Assembly: GCF_037042905.1 (NCBI RefSeq)
Contig: NC_087246.1
Location: forward strand, 6,326,001-6,390,000
Reading direction: 5' to 3'
DNA length: 64,000 bases
Source: Lytechinus pictus
Lineage: Eukaryota
The notes below the pieces were generated by a model, which was given only the letters and a program-made list of their open reading frames with translations, was not told where the DNA came from and did no database searches. Below are positions 12,959 to 26,634 of the stretch, piece after piece. Every line of letters begins with the position of its first letter. The first letter of the stretch is position 1. The position numbers and the translations under genes are program-made.

Positions 12959-14692
12959 ATATAACCTAATAATGCAATTGTGTTACCTAGATTTATTTTC
13001 TTACGGAATTTTCACTAAAAGAATATATATATCCATACAAACATTTCGAGTAATGATTTGTTTCTATCAAAGAACAAAAACAAAATTTAACAAAAAATTA
13101 ATTTGCAAGCGCGCGCAAGATTTGATACACAGTGGCGTTTCAAAAAGCTGTCTGTCAGTTAGCTTTATGGATGACTGGTGACCTATTCTTTGCTTAATCA
13201 CTTTGATTCGTATCATCTCAATATTGAACGTCATCATTGCAGATTAAGATTATCGAGGTAACCAAGCAAAGTATAGGATTTGTCAAAATATCAATTTTAT
13301 TTATGGAAATTCACTCGCATTGTGCTAAAAAAATTAACATTATATTATCTTAATTAACAAAAGAACAAGTAACTAGTCTTAAGCATTTTAAACCACCACC
13401 CTGCCACAGCAAAAATGGACACCTGGCTTGCAGAAAATATGAGCATTGTTAGCTTTTAGCATAGATTGAAAATATTCGGGTCATGGTAAAATATAGAAGT
13501 CAAGAGAAAGTCCCCTCTCTAATTTCCCAGATTCATCGGATTCAAGAACCCGATGCTACGTCCATGCTTAATTCGAAGGATTAATCCAGTCCTCTGAAGG
13601 CCCGCCAGCAAAAGGGAAACAAATTTGTACGTGATATTTACCCTACAGATTAAGATCCTTGACTGTCTTTAAGCGTTCCTTCTGTCTGCCAGATGCCTAA
13701 ATATACCCCCAAGATTTTCCCTCTTATAAAATAGCTACTTATCATAATTACAGAAGCAAAGCTGTTGAGTGTATGTGGGTGTTCTTGAAGGATGAATGGT
13801 CACTTTGTTCTACTATGAAGAACAATAGATGCATGCCGGGATCTGGTTAAATTTGCCCTTGCAACAAATATAAGATAAGTTCTCAGGGCGCAAACTTTCA
13901 AATCTTCAGTTTTTTGTCCTTTGCCTTTTTTGTCTGTTTGTCTTTCCTTAAATGCAATTGGTACCATTGATTCTTCTCACGATTATTTCCGATTGATCGA
14001 CAAAATACAAAATGCACGATTGAGGTTCATTTGAAATATTTTACATCCACGTAATACCGTGCAGAATTTCATTTTCGTGTTTATACATCCTGTAGGGGCA
14101 ATGGGTTTCTTCTCTCACACTTAGAAGTGTCCACATAAATATCAGTTTGTATTTTAGAGAACTTCGTGGATTTGTATCTCATGGTGATGACAGCTGGTAT
14201 CGAGAACTCACTCTGTGCTAGGATCTATGGATCTTTTTTGAATTCTTTAAAATTCATTGGACTTTTACTCATTTGCACATTAGTGATTTAATTTAATGAA
14301 AGATTTACATTGAATCGCCTACATACAATTTTTAGGGAGATTAATGATAGGAGGGGGAGTACAAGGGAAAAAATTAACGATAGAGATGTTATAAGCGAGT
14401 ATGTGTGAGCTTTTTTTAGAAAGATAGAGATTGTGAGAGGGGAATGGAAGGGAGTGTGTATACAGGAAGGTCCGATAGATCTACAGGAGATGTAAAATTA
14501 CTTCGAAACAAATCATAACACAGATGGCGCTATTTTTGAGAAACATTTCATTCACACATCGTATAGCACCAGAGCCACCAGTGAAAGCTTTCTAGAAAAA
14601 AGAGCATCCTTCTCATTTTCTCTGTAATATGCCTTTTCAAGAAATAAATATATATATAATTTATTTTCCTTCTTGTTTTTTTACTTCCACAG

Positions 14693-14771
14693 AAAGTGCA
14701 TTGAGGTGAGGAAGAACCGTATCGTTTACGACATCGTGGCTGGGTTTCCTTTGAGAATGAGCGACCTGTAG
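14693..14771 (+). other. candidate exon (possible terminal coding exon ...KCIEVRKNRIVYDIVAGFPLRMSDL*)
   Basis: Strong acceptor (ttttccttcttgttttttttacttccacag). One frame is open for 25 codons to TAG, and a gtgagt donor lies at about 14789. No recognised homology. Confidence 0.25.
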
Positions 14772-15123
14772 ATTACAGAGTTAGTCACGTGAGTAAAAGT
14801 GGTATCGCATCACAGCTAATCAATGCTATTCAAGGACACCATAGAAAGCTTGGTTGGTAAATTTTAGCGCTTACTTCACTACAACACTAATGTTCTTATT
14901 GGACGCCTTGCATGCTTACTTGCAAGCCATCGCTTATTTCATCCTGGCATGGTTGGAAAAAAGAGCGGAAACGAGGAAAGGAAAGGAAATGAAAAGGACG
15001 TAAATAAGTAACAACATAGGAAGATTTGCTGAATTTAGGAGGGATACAAACTGACACAGTAAGTGTCTGTGTGCGGGGGATGTGTGTGGGATGTTATGGG
15101 CGTGAGGGTGATTGTGTGGGGGT

Positions 15124-15195
15124 GAAAGAAAGAAAGAAAGAGAGAGAGAAAGAAAGAAATAAAGAAAGAAAGATAGAAAGAAAGAAAGAAAAGGA

Positions 15196-15241
<46 letters not shown>

Positions 15242-15262
15242 AAAGGAGGAAGAAAGAAAAAA
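15124..15262. repeat. (GAAA)n polypurine microsatellite
   Basis: Long gaaa/gaag run; it explains the K/E/R- and F/L/S-rich ORFs. Confidence 0.95.
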
Positions 15263-17214
15263 AAGAGGAGAGACATAATTAAAGAAACGGGTGTGGCAAA
15301 GGAATGTATACAACCAAGAAAATTACAATGTTGCAGGATAAAAGGGGTTTCCAGATCAGAAAATGTGTAATATAGTTTTATATTTAATATGTTAATTACG
15401 TAATTTATATATTACTCTTATGACTTATGCTAAAAACATCTAAAGTGGTGATGAAAGATAATTAAGAAATTATTAATAATCAAGAAAGAGAAAAATCAAT
15501 CAATACAAAATGCAAATCACGAGAAATATTTCCACAAGTTCTTGACATTTTTCTTACCCCCTCTGTGCCTCGAAACCATTTGTTGTCTTGTTATATCTTC
15601 AGAGTTCGGCATTTCATAAAAGAAATAATTCATGTTTAAGAATGTGATCGCGCATGAGTTAACTAGAATTAAATCAATCTCACTAGCATCGCGCAATGAC
15701 TTACATGCATCAAAGGGTGGATGGACGGGGAATATTTATCCCTCATTAATGACTTTTAGGACATGTATGAGGAGATAGTTTATTATAATATAAGGTAACA
15801 GCTTTAATGTGCTATGTAGCAATTTAGCTTAGATTAGTATAATGAATCAAACACCATCCAAATGGTGATAAAGATACATCAACAATATTCATCAATCAAT
15901 TTACCGAGTATGTGTGATTGAAAATTGAAAATTGCATTCATTCATTTCAGATGCCTACGTGGATATCTCTTTACATGGAATTGTTTTATTTTATTTTTTT
16001 AGCTGCTGTCCCTCTCCAATAAAATTAAATCCAACAATTTATAATATAAAATGCGTCATGCAGGTGATTCTTTTTATATTCTAAATGTATTAATGTATCT
16101 TTCTCGCGATCTGTTGAGCTGGACTGATACCACACTTTTGAAATGCTTGTCCGTCTTTGACTTGGAGTAGGTGGAACTAGTGTGATGCCCGCCAGGAATG
16201 TAGATCGCTATCTTTCCTACACCTCGCTTTCACTGATCGCGATAAGCAGGGTAGATATGCAATCAAAATACGGACATCAACCGTATCTCATTAAAATTGG
16301 CATTTTTTCAAACACTTAACTCGGTTACCCCTTCTCATCCTCTTCGCCAACACCTCATATCATTATTCTGACTATACCTGTACAAAATGTGTAACTATAG
16401 GGCAGTGAACATGTTTAAGGTTGAACGAGGGGAAATCCATGGATTATCTGCCTATAATGATGAAAACAATAGTGCCATTAGAATGCAAATTGTAAAAGTG
16501 AATTTTGACATTTTTTTCGTTTTTATAAATGCAAGAGCCTCTCTCGGTGAAACGAAATCACCTTTGACTCTAGAAGTACAAGAAAAAGTCATTGTTAGTT
16601 TTTGTTCGACCTTCGTCAGAAATGACAGTAGTCAACCCAAGTACCCAACCAGGGGATGATTTTAACGCCAGACGACAGCTGAGTACACCGACAATTTCGC
16701 GCCAATATTGATTTTTCATGGGTAGATTTCAAAGCAAGGCCATGGAAACTCCAAGCGTAAGAGTCTCATTGGACGCTAATAAAAAGAAAACTAGTGATTA
16801 GCCATCTGATACTACATCCTAATAATGGCATACCATGGGCGAGATATAAAGGGGTGCTCTGGCACCATGAAGTGGGATTTGAAAACATTTGAAAGTGAAA
16901 TGCTGTCGGTACTTCTCCTGACATCTTTGTCTTTTGTGCTTTTCCCTCCATTTTTTGTTTCGATATGTCTCATCCATGATTCGTCTAGTTTATGTTTACG
17001 AAGTTACTTTTCCACTCGCAAGACCAATGTCCCCTTCTCTTTAAGCTACTCCACAACCACCAGCTCGAATGAACTAATGCAGGGGTGTCCATTCGATATG
17101 TCATGAAATGATGATGGTTTCCCTTTTTACATTTCAAATTGAACAGTTGAAAAATACTCGATACAGTTTGATCTGGTGATAAAGTGAGAGTATAATGCAA
17201 GATGGGGTTCATTG

Positions 17215-17368
17215 CAGGCCCATAGCCAGGATTTTCAAGTAGGGAGTTCGATCCCTTCTCTCATCTTCGGTCTTCTCCTTTTCCTCACCTGTTTTTTTTT
17301 TTTTATTGCAGTTGGAAAGTTAAGGGGTGCGATCGAACCCCGACCCCCCCCCCCTGGTTACTGGCTTC
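17215..17368. mobile_element. degenerate short CAG-ended MITE
   Basis: caggcccatagccagg ... cccccctggttactggct imperfect TIR with a poly-C subterminus; same design as 59559-59748. Confidence 0.4.
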
Positions 17369-17867
17369 CCAGGGGCCCCAAGAGGTATGAGCTCCCCTTT
17401 GTCCGAAAGTAAAACAAAATATTAGCCCGAGGAATGCGGCGGGCGCCCCTACCATGTACACGGAGTCAAAATAACTAATTTTTTCAATGAAAACCCTTTT
17501 CTATTCTTGCTCGTCAATTTTCTAAGATATGTAGAAAGTTAGACCGATTGTTAATTGATAATCTGTTTTTATTAACTTTTCAGGATACTGCAGTTCTTGC
17601 CCCGATAAGTTGCCTCGAATTTGACCCATCTGCGGTCCCCTATAATTAAAAATAATTATTCTCCTTCTTTGTGTATTTTTTCTCTGCTTCACATAATCAC
17701 ATTGATATCGTAATATATTCAAGACAGCAAAAGATTTAAATTCGACTACATCAGATGCTATCACAATTTAAGATCTGCCAGAAAAAAAAGTTGAATAAAA
17801 AGATGTACAAATAAAAAACAGGCAGTTTATATACCACAAAAATCCTTTGAAATTCTTTGGAATCTTT

Positions 17868-18012
17868 ACAAACAGGTCCTTCACTCAAGTCGACTGATGA
17901 CTTTATAATACCATAAGTAAAAACATGTCCTATACTCAAGTCGACTGACGACTTCATAATACCATAAGTACAAACAGGTCCTTTACTCAAGTCGACTGAC
18001 GACTTCATAATA
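17868..18012. repeat. 51-bp minisatellite, about 3 copies
   Basis: ctcaagtcgactga recurs at 17884, 17935 and 17986. Confidence 0.95.
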
Positions 18013-18727
18013 CTAAAAGTAAAGTCATAAGGTTGCCAAACATCAAAGTGATAGCCTGAAAAAGAAGTATACTGATGTCTTTCATACGATTATACACGGT
18101 CGTCAAACAAGACACACTCCCAGGGAATCCTATGACTGGCCATTGAGGTCAAATGTTTTAAAGGTAGTCACGTTGAAACCCGAGAATAAGACTAAGAACT
18201 GTTCGCTCCGAATATATTGTTACATCATGGATGTTACTATTAAAGTCACTCGATCTCGCATTCACCCGGGTTTTGCCAGCCTTCTCCGACCGCTAGTCTC
18301 ACTTCAGCCAATATTTGACGGAGATTACAGCCAAGTCGCGACGCAGCCACTGAATGTATATTTCCGCATTCGCGTAACAGCAACATACTCGTCAAAGCAT
18401 AAGCAAAAGCTGTAGACCCCCCCCCCCCCCGATTGTGTAGGCTAGGATAGTGGCTATGGACAAGCAGACTATTCTTGCGTATGCTTTGTGTATATCGTAG
18501 CTTTACTCCAAAGACTGTCTGTCATGAATAAAAAAACCAGACTGTTATGACATGGTAATCAATTCGTGAACGTGTGAATCGAAAAAAGTTGAAAGACCAA
18601 GCTCAAAATTTGAAAATGAACTTTCGAAAAATTAATCTCGTATTGTCTCTTTTCATGATATAGACAGATTTTTTAAATTTTTATTTTTCCTGTGAATGTT
18701 CGTTCATTAATTTCTTAAAAAAATGTT

Positions 18728-18912
18728 TTAATAATAATAAGTGCATAATAGCTATTAAGAATACCTGTAGCATTTTCTTTTATTTGAATGCAGATAAAAG
18801 AGCACTGTTGATTGAATGTCTTGCTCACTAGCAACAGTGCCGTGGACGGGAATCGAACCCCGGAGTTCCACGTGTCTAGCCAAGGCGCCTTAGACCACTC
18901 GGCCACGGTAAC
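18728..18912 (-). mobile_element. tRNA-derived SINE, family A copy 1
   Basis: Minus strand reads ccgtggccgagtggtctaaggcgcc (A box) ... ggttcgattcc (B box). The body gtgagcaag..tgctcttttatc..ttcaaataaa is shared with 26635-26820. Confidence 0.9.
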
Positions 18913-18968
18913 CAGTTTGATTGCGAAAGCTGCCCCTCGATTGTTTGCTTGTTACTTACCAGGATTTG

Positions 18969-19096
18969 GTGATTTTGACCAGGCTTGCTATCCATAGCTG
19001 ATGTAGTTTTGAGCAGGCTTGCTATCCATAGCTGTAATTTTGACCAGGCTTGCTATCCATAGCTGTGATTTTGACCAGGCTTGCTATCCATAGCTG
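18969..19096. repeat. 31-bp minisatellite, 4 copies
   Basis: tgattttgaccaggcttgctatccatagctg repeated head to tail. Confidence 0.95.
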
Positions 19097-20259
19097 TCCT
19101 TCGAATGTTTGCATTTATTGATTGGTATTTCTAAGGGTTTGCGGTTCATTTGTTGTGGATGTAATCAAAGATATGCAAGATCAAGGTAGATTGGGTTACA
19201 TCTCGTCTCACTGTTTATACTCCAACTCATTCACATCCACATAACAAAATTATGCAGTCAGATATTCACTGTTTACTGCTATAAAAGCGAGGTGTAGAGA
19301 CTGTTTTATAAACAGAGCATGCATGTTTGTAGGGTAGAATTATCCTAAATGCTGTTAATATTTTGTTATATCGTGTGAAAATTTGTGAGAAAAAATGTGT
19401 CAACCACCATGTTCACAATTTCTTTTTTAATTTTATATCAGATACACTCATTATAATGAAAACATGGTTTATTCTTTAGTAAACATGTAGCATTGCGATT
19501 TTGATTCGACCACTAGCTTCCTTATTACATAATCTATATACAAAAACGTGGAATACCTTATCATTTTGTGAAATTGATTAAAACTTTAAGATGCCAAATT
19601 TTCTTTATTCACATCCAATATTTGTGAAGCTTTTAAAACAATGCTTGTTCAATTGTATTAGAGTTAATTACGGTGGCAGTGGCCTTCAACACATGATCCA
19701 TAAAGGTGTTGGAATGCTGATCCAACGTTTGTTTTACTTCTTTTCATAGGTCAATCTATATACATGCACAATCGTTCAGTTTCAATTCAATTCAAATAAA
19801 CATTTTTTTTTCATTTCACAAATTTCTAATTTTTTGTAAACAAATGTAAACAATGTTAATAAATTCATATAAATATCAGTTTGTCGTGAAGAATAAAGCT
19901 ATGTACATGCTATGTTCATTCACAGAAGAAGGCTTAAGACCATAAAAGCAAATGGTTGTGGCGGGATACGCCTTTATGGACAGGCGTATCCATGACTTGA
20001 CATGATTGTAGGACCTGACATTAAAAGACGGTATCATTTGACTTTACAGACACGAAGGTTTGTATAAAATATGGTGATTTCGCCTATTTTTAAAGGTTAA
20101 TTTACTCTAGTTTACAAATTAAAAGGGTATTATTTCTATAACTTCAAAGGTCATCTTCATTCCCTGGCTTATAAAGTGAGACATCGATATTTTCATTGAA
20201 AGGATGACATTCCAATAAATTGAACAGTAATTATTGACTTTACTCTGCATTTTAGATCA

Positions 20260-20501
20260 CACTGCAAAAACCCTGGTGTTGATTTAACACCAGCCCGGAA
20301 TCTATATATGTCCACACCAGAGAAGTGTTAAACAACACCAGTTTCGTTTTGGTCTAACACCAGATAGGTGTTTATACAACACCAATTGGTATTGAAACAG
20401 CATCGGTTTGATTCCAAACTGGTGTTGTTTCAATACTTCTCATGTGTGGACATATATAGATTCCGGGCTGGTGTTAAATCAACACCAGAGTTTTTGCAGT
20501 G
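20260..20501. mobile_element. young palindromic CAC-ended MITE (CMC/EnSpm-like, CA TSD)
   Basis: ca|cactgcaaaaa...tttttgcagtg|ca, with about 58-bp near-perfect TIRs and internal aacacca repeats. Confidence 0.95.
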
Positions 20502-20548
20502 CAGTGACTATTGACTTATCATTACTTGTCAATAACTAATGTGTCATT

Positions 20549-21040
20549 GATTTCATTTCATTTTTCATTAATTAGTTTTCATAACAAAATTCTGGAAAGG
20601 AAATACATATCTGAAAATTAACATCAAGATGATAACGATAGTTTAATATATAAATCATCAAATATATCATACATAGATAAACCATATATATCATAAATAT
20701 ATCATACATAAATGAAATTAAAGTGGTATTTTATGTTTCACAATAAGTAGGATGGTTGCAAGGGTCGCCACAAAAGTAAAGCTTGAAAACGTGACTTATG
20801 CTTGTTATAGAGGGGCGCATGTATGCGTTTAATAGTAACAATTTTTAACATCGAATTTTACCTTGAACTCGTATTGTTACTCCCTACATATTTGGTTTAA
20901 TGAAGAGGAGTTGTCATACATAGATTTGCCCCGAATTTAGCTCTACTATCTCTCTTGTCCGCATTTGGTCCACACCAGTCCTTCTCATAGTAGCTCTAAA
21001 TCAGCGCGAAGTTTTTGGTTCAACCTTTTCAATAATTCTA
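20549..21040 (-). mobile_element. possible old LINE 3' end
   Basis: (TTTCA)n-like tail at about 20549 and a gtc.c..aaaagtaaagcttgaaaacgtgac stem-loop at about 20765-20795 resembling the one at about 2250-2290. The upstream boundary is uncertain. Confidence 0.35.
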
Positions 21041-22086
21041 AATTTAAAACTCCACCCTGATCGGACGCGGGCCAGTAGTTCATCAAACGGGGTTAATGGT
21101 TGATTTTTTTTTTTTTTTTGGGGGGGGGGCATTGTTAGAGGTCAGGCAGTTACTGCCATGTGCTCCCTGGATAAAACAGTACATTGAGAATGTAGTAAAA
21201 CAGCTCATACAAAAAGAGAACAGACTCCTCCCCCACCCACACACTCACCTATTAAAGAAGTGGAGTGAATTCTATTTAGAATTAAGAAATGGAGGAAGGA
21301 AAGCAGTAAGCGAAAATAGCATAATTTGCGGTCGAGTTTTTATGAGCAGAAGACACACGTAAAGTCATGAAGCGCGGTCGAAGAGAATTGGCGCTCCTTT
21401 GAAGCCTTGAAGCGAAAGTTTGATGATTTTGGCGCCAATTAATTCAAGCTCACGTCTGCCCTATTTCAAATGCACACATTCTACTAACTTAACAAATAAT
21501 TATGACAAGACAACGTCGTGTGTCTGAATGAGTGTATAGACTGTGAGAATGAGCAACAGAAATATGTGCCTATGAGAGTAAATGTTATGACATAAGTTGT
21601 ACGTGAATGGAATATCAAAATGATCAATGCGTGATAAGATTATAGAGATGTTTTCATTATTCAATAAATCACCGAAACGGCCAATCGTCGATTTCGTACA
21701 TCTAAAACAGATAAAAATCGACGACAGAAAGACCATCGAAAAGAACAATGATAAAAAACGATAAATTTTGTCACTCTTAGTGATTGCAGGAAACATCATC
21801 ACTACGTATTTGATTTTATAAAAGTTATAAAGCTGGCAAAAATTTAAAATAATAAGGATTATTGATTATCCAATTTGAATTCATTGCCAGATGATATGAC
21901 AGGCAATTGCTTGAAAGGTGCTGCTGAGAACTTGTTGAAAAACCTTTAATAAACTAAGTTAAATTCATAATATAAGAGTCAGTGATAATTATTTTCAATT
22001 CACATTACGAAAAAAGGAAAAAAATTCAAGTTTATACATAAAATGCAACACTGACGGCAACAATTAGGTTCTATTCTGCATCCAAA

Positions 22087-22280
22087 AGGCCTGGTTCCAC
22101 TGACCGACTGACACAAAACGTATGCATAACGTATAGAGTGGACAAATAAAATTTCGGGGTGGCTCCATCCGTTTTCACCCGCTTCAGATAATGGACAAAA
22201 TGGACGAACAATGAAAGATTATTTTCTGTTTTACATCCTCTCTGTATCCGTAAGTGCAGTGGGAGTGTGGGACGAAGCCT
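22087..22280. mobile_element. degenerate Harbinger-like MITE
   Basis: aggcctggttccac ... gtgggacgaagcct imperfect TIR. Confidence 0.5.
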
Positions 22281-25200
22281 TTAGTCACAAAAGGTGCATT
22301 TCTTGTTTGCACTTCGAAACGCCTATCTAAACCCTGTACAAGGTGTAACCTTGTATCTTTTTTGGAAGGGGAGGGTCAAGACAAATCTGCAAATCTTCTA
22401 TCTATACCTTTTCTGAAAAAACCCTGTAGCTAACTGCGTCAAAAAAGCTTAGTGTTCCATTAAAAAATGTATGTAAAAATCCTCTTTGGGTGCACTAAAA
22501 AAGGAGCTCCTAATGTTGCTAAATTGCTTTTTTCTGTGTTTGGTCTAGTACCTAATCTCAAGTTTTGGAGGGAAGAGGCTGCAAAAGAGTTCGACCTGTT
22601 TAAGGAGAAACGATTACACTTGCGAGAAAGGGGGTAATTACAAGTCAGAATTAAGATCTGCACAAAAGTCTTATCACTAGACTTATGTATTGGTCTCGAC
22701 TCTACAATCAGAGTTGAACTGTAGGCTAGTGATAATATAAGTCACAGTAAATTTATTCTGGCTTCGAATAAACCATCTCTCATAGCGACATGCATTTTAC
22801 CTTGTCGAATATATTAATTGTTTAAAGAAGGTAATTTGAGCAACAATACAGATCGAAGACATCATTAATATTGATCTTGCATTGCATATTCGCATCATGT
22901 AAGTTTCTGCAGTATGTTCCTCTATACGACTACTTGCACTGAGTGAGCAGAAAACTGTTGTATCTAATTTCCGTAGAAAGTTAATTCACTACATTTAATA
23001 TGATATGGCCTTGATAATAATAAGGTATGTAGCATTCAACTCCTGGCGAATGGGACTCCATAGATTAATTCAAATCCGCCGTTACAATTGCCTAATTACT
23101 GCTTGCCTTATAACCCAGACCACTAGACGCGATCAACTTTTTTGTTTTTACTTGAAAACCATTTGGCGCCAAATATGGGGTCGCGGTGCCGTCATAAGTT
23201 CGTGGCAGCACTTTATCAATAATGATGTAGAATCTCTCCTGTTTAGCCATGTGTTTTAGGCCTTATTTAAAACTTCAGTATTCTTCTCTACTCTCTCTCT
23301 CTCTCTCCTCGGCTGAAATGTTACTTCTCGTTTTTTTTAATATTGTCTCTTTCATTTAATATAATAGCACGCACCATGTCACGATAGATGACCATATTGA
23401 GTTTGTGTTATGCAAATTTACTATTCAAACCCCATCTTGGCTTCATTAAAGATTGGTCCTCACATCGAAAAAAAAACCCAAGATTATTCAATTTGATGAT
23501 GTGGTTATTCTATATATTTACGACCTACGTTTAGATTGGTATAAGCATCGGATTGTCATATTCTCTGTAATTTACTCTTGTTATAGTACATGCATTTTGA
23601 ATAATTGCGGAATAAACTTGCTCAGAATCTCTTTTGTTTATGAAATTCAAGCTCTGCCGGTGTATATTAATCCTTTTAACTTCCCTCTTTATCCTTTAAA
23701 ATTTCGAAATTTCCCGCCAGATTTCTGCCTGTGAAATCTCTCTCTCTCTCTTTCTTCTCCCATCACCCCCTATATTTCACGTCTTTCTATCTCTCATAAC
23801 TTACCACTTTCTGACTACCACTCCAAAGTTTCAAAGCATGGGATGTGACTCACTTTGGCTGAGTTTAAGGCAAACTATCGGTGATGATGCATTTATTTCT
23901 TATCCTTCCAAATAAACTCCCGTTTAAGTCATTCAAAAGTAAAGTCCAATAATCGTCTCACACCGAATTGAATTCCTTGTTGAGCTGCAGAAAATACAGA
24001 AAAATAAGAAAACACAGTTACGAATGAAAGTCGACTTGTAAAAGACAAACAAGAAGAATGTTTGTGGACTGCCAATTTGCATCATATGGCTGTGCGTTAA
24101 AACTTGGCGGGTATACGAACACGCAATAATTGAAAGGAATAACAAACGAGATACAAAAAATAAAAGATATATTGCGAGAAAAGATAGAGTACAGGCGTAG
24201 GATGATAATGTTTTTACACCTTTTAGGTTTTGTCAGTCCTTAAACAAGGCCGTGTGCCCCGGAGCAATGTATAAAAAGATGGGCTGACACAAATTTTGCG
24301 CGCCTAGACTCGAGTAGAGTGCACTTCCCAAACACGTGAATGACATTTTCACGCTTGGATACAATCATACTAACACTACAAGTAGAGGAGAAATGGACAG
24401 CCGCCACAGAGAATTACAATGATAGGAGAAAAGAAGGAAGATGGAAAGTAAGGAATTAGAGACATTCCATTTTATACGTGTATTCTTAGCATTGACCTTT
24501 TAGCTTCGATCTCAGTTTGGGTTTATGTCTCAAATTTTCTGCTGTATTAGATTATTCGATTCACAAATGAACGAACCGGCGATATCTAAATTGTGACGTC
24601 ATGTCAGTAGTACGTCAAGTTCCAGTATCAACCAACCTAATGTAGGCCACATCTTATAGTATTTTCTGTTTCAGTATTTTTTGGTCTAGTTATTACAATA
24701 TATCGTTTGAAAGCTTTAACACCTTAAAACCATTGAATATTTTCCGTTAATTTTTCATTGTTTGGACAATGTTATGATGATGTCATTTCATCCGTCTTAA
24801 CTAAATTAATTCATTATAACTTGATAAAGAGCTATAATATCATCGAAAGCACAAGGTAAGAAACCTCTGGTAGTTATCACCAGAAACAGTTGAACCATTT
24901 TATTTTATTGAAATCTATTCCAAGGAAAAACCTGTAATAGGTCAAAAAAAATCCTCCACATTCACTAGTTGTTCACTATACCTATACTTCGATCTTATAC
25001 CGTATATCCTTTTACATGTTTACTATGTTTTGTTAGCCTAAAAAAGTATACACGTTCTGTCTTATTAGTTGAAATAATCATTTTCAAAATATAATGAACA
25101 AACAGTAATTAAATTATTGACAGAAATCATTGATGTGGCCATAATTACCCTACTAAGCGAAATTTGAAACGGGTTTATATTTATGGGGATGGGGAAAAGA

Positions 25201-25661
25201 GAAGAAGAATATATGATGGCAATTGTAAAGGCCATACTGTTTGTAGGGATTGTGGACCCGGTAGTTCAAAGGTGTTGATTTTTTTTCAAAACCCCGGAAT
25301 AATCCTCCAACCATTGCCCAAGTTGAAGCTGATCCTTCCATGAATAAAGCATTGGTCTTAAAAGAACAGATCAAGGTCAACTATTCAAAAGTCAAGGCTG
25401 GTTTATGACATTATATCCTGAGTCAATTTGCAATGATCGCGGAGATCAGTATACATTTATGCCTGCACGCTAAAATATCTATTGACTATCACCGAAATGT
25501 ATTCACCATTGGTCATGTTACCTGTATACTGATGTAACGGTAATGAGATTAAAAGGAGGAAGATAAGAGAATAGGAAGAACAGAAGAGGAGTAAAATTTG
25601 ATAAGTCCATGCTCAAATACAATTGATTTGACATAAAACAGGATCCTACATTTCTATTTCA

Positions 25662-25830
25662 TTGGAGTGTAAACAACAAAGGAAAGTACAAAAAAATTAT
25701 AAATAATGAAATTAACCAGACTTTTTGGTTGAATTATTCCTTTGGAGTGTATACAATTTCAATTAAATAATGAAATTAACCAGACTTTTTTTCTTTAATC
25801 ATTCATTTTAAGTGTATACAATATCAATTA
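25662..25830. repeat. 65-bp imperfect tandem repeat, about 2.5 copies
   Basis: aaataatgaaattaaccagactttt at 25701 and 25766; the agtgta.acaa motif appears three times. Confidence 0.85.
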
Positions 25831-26634
25831 GCATCTAGTACAATAATTGGGAAATCACAATGGATGAAATGGTGATTACAGTAAAACGTACCAAATTTTG
25901 AGCATCTGCTAATTTAGAACGCTTAAGTGAACTTTTACCATGAGTTCGTTGAAAATGCTTACATCATGCTCATGCGAAATTGAACGAGCTGAAAAGCAAC
26001 ATGAACCATCAAAATTCAGCTATCAGATTATCATGATAACAATGTTGAAGCGCATAACATTTTTATTTTCTTTTAGATCGGTTCAATCAACATTTTCGTT
26101 GTTAGGATCGCAATATATTTTTATATTTTCTTGTGTTCATGTCACATTCCCAACAATATTGCTTTGGATCAACGGACACACTTATCATTATCTCAGATGT
26201 ATAAAGATGACAATGTATGTAACCTTCCTAATTTATTTCGTCAAAATTTTATGATAATTTATAACCAAAATAGAATACTGGTTAATTCATTATGCATCAT
26301 ATTCAAAACGTGATGAAATCAGTTATGATATAAAGGAGTTTCATATTCGGTGTAAATGATTTAGGGGTTTCTACTCAGGGGTTTCTATCTTGTTTGCTAT
26401 CCATATTCTAAATCAATACAATTCAAATCCATTGTATTGTTCGATTATCAATCGAATGCCTATAAATCAAAAACTTGAAAAACGTTTGACTTGGAGTGAT
26501 AGAAGGCTGAAATGAGTAAAATTTGAAATAATATGTGATATAGAGCTTGACTGGCAGAAATACACTACATAACTATGGATAAAACACAGAGTGGGTGTCA
26601 TCAGGGAAAAAGAGACACATACACTAATTGTGGA

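Noticed and set aside
15026..15370. K/E/R-rich and F/L/S-rich ORFs
   Set aside because: They are translations of the (GAAA)n tract.
17751..18008. 85-aa ORF with 17-aa repeats
   Set aside because: It is a by-product of the 51-bp minisatellite, with no other coding evidence.
18836..18912. bona fide tRNA gene (likewise at 26635, about 41490 and 61585)
   Set aside because: Each head runs into a non-tRNA body and simple-repeat or A-rich tail, and the anticodon arms are degenerate or interrupted; these are SINEs.
18969..19096. 31-bp repeats as a CRISPR array
   Set aside because: The units are head to tail with no unique spacers and no cas genes, in eukaryotic context; this is a minisatellite.
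22420..22429. miR-10-like start (aaccctgtag)
   Set aside because: Only 10 nt match; the rest diverges and there is no hairpin partner.
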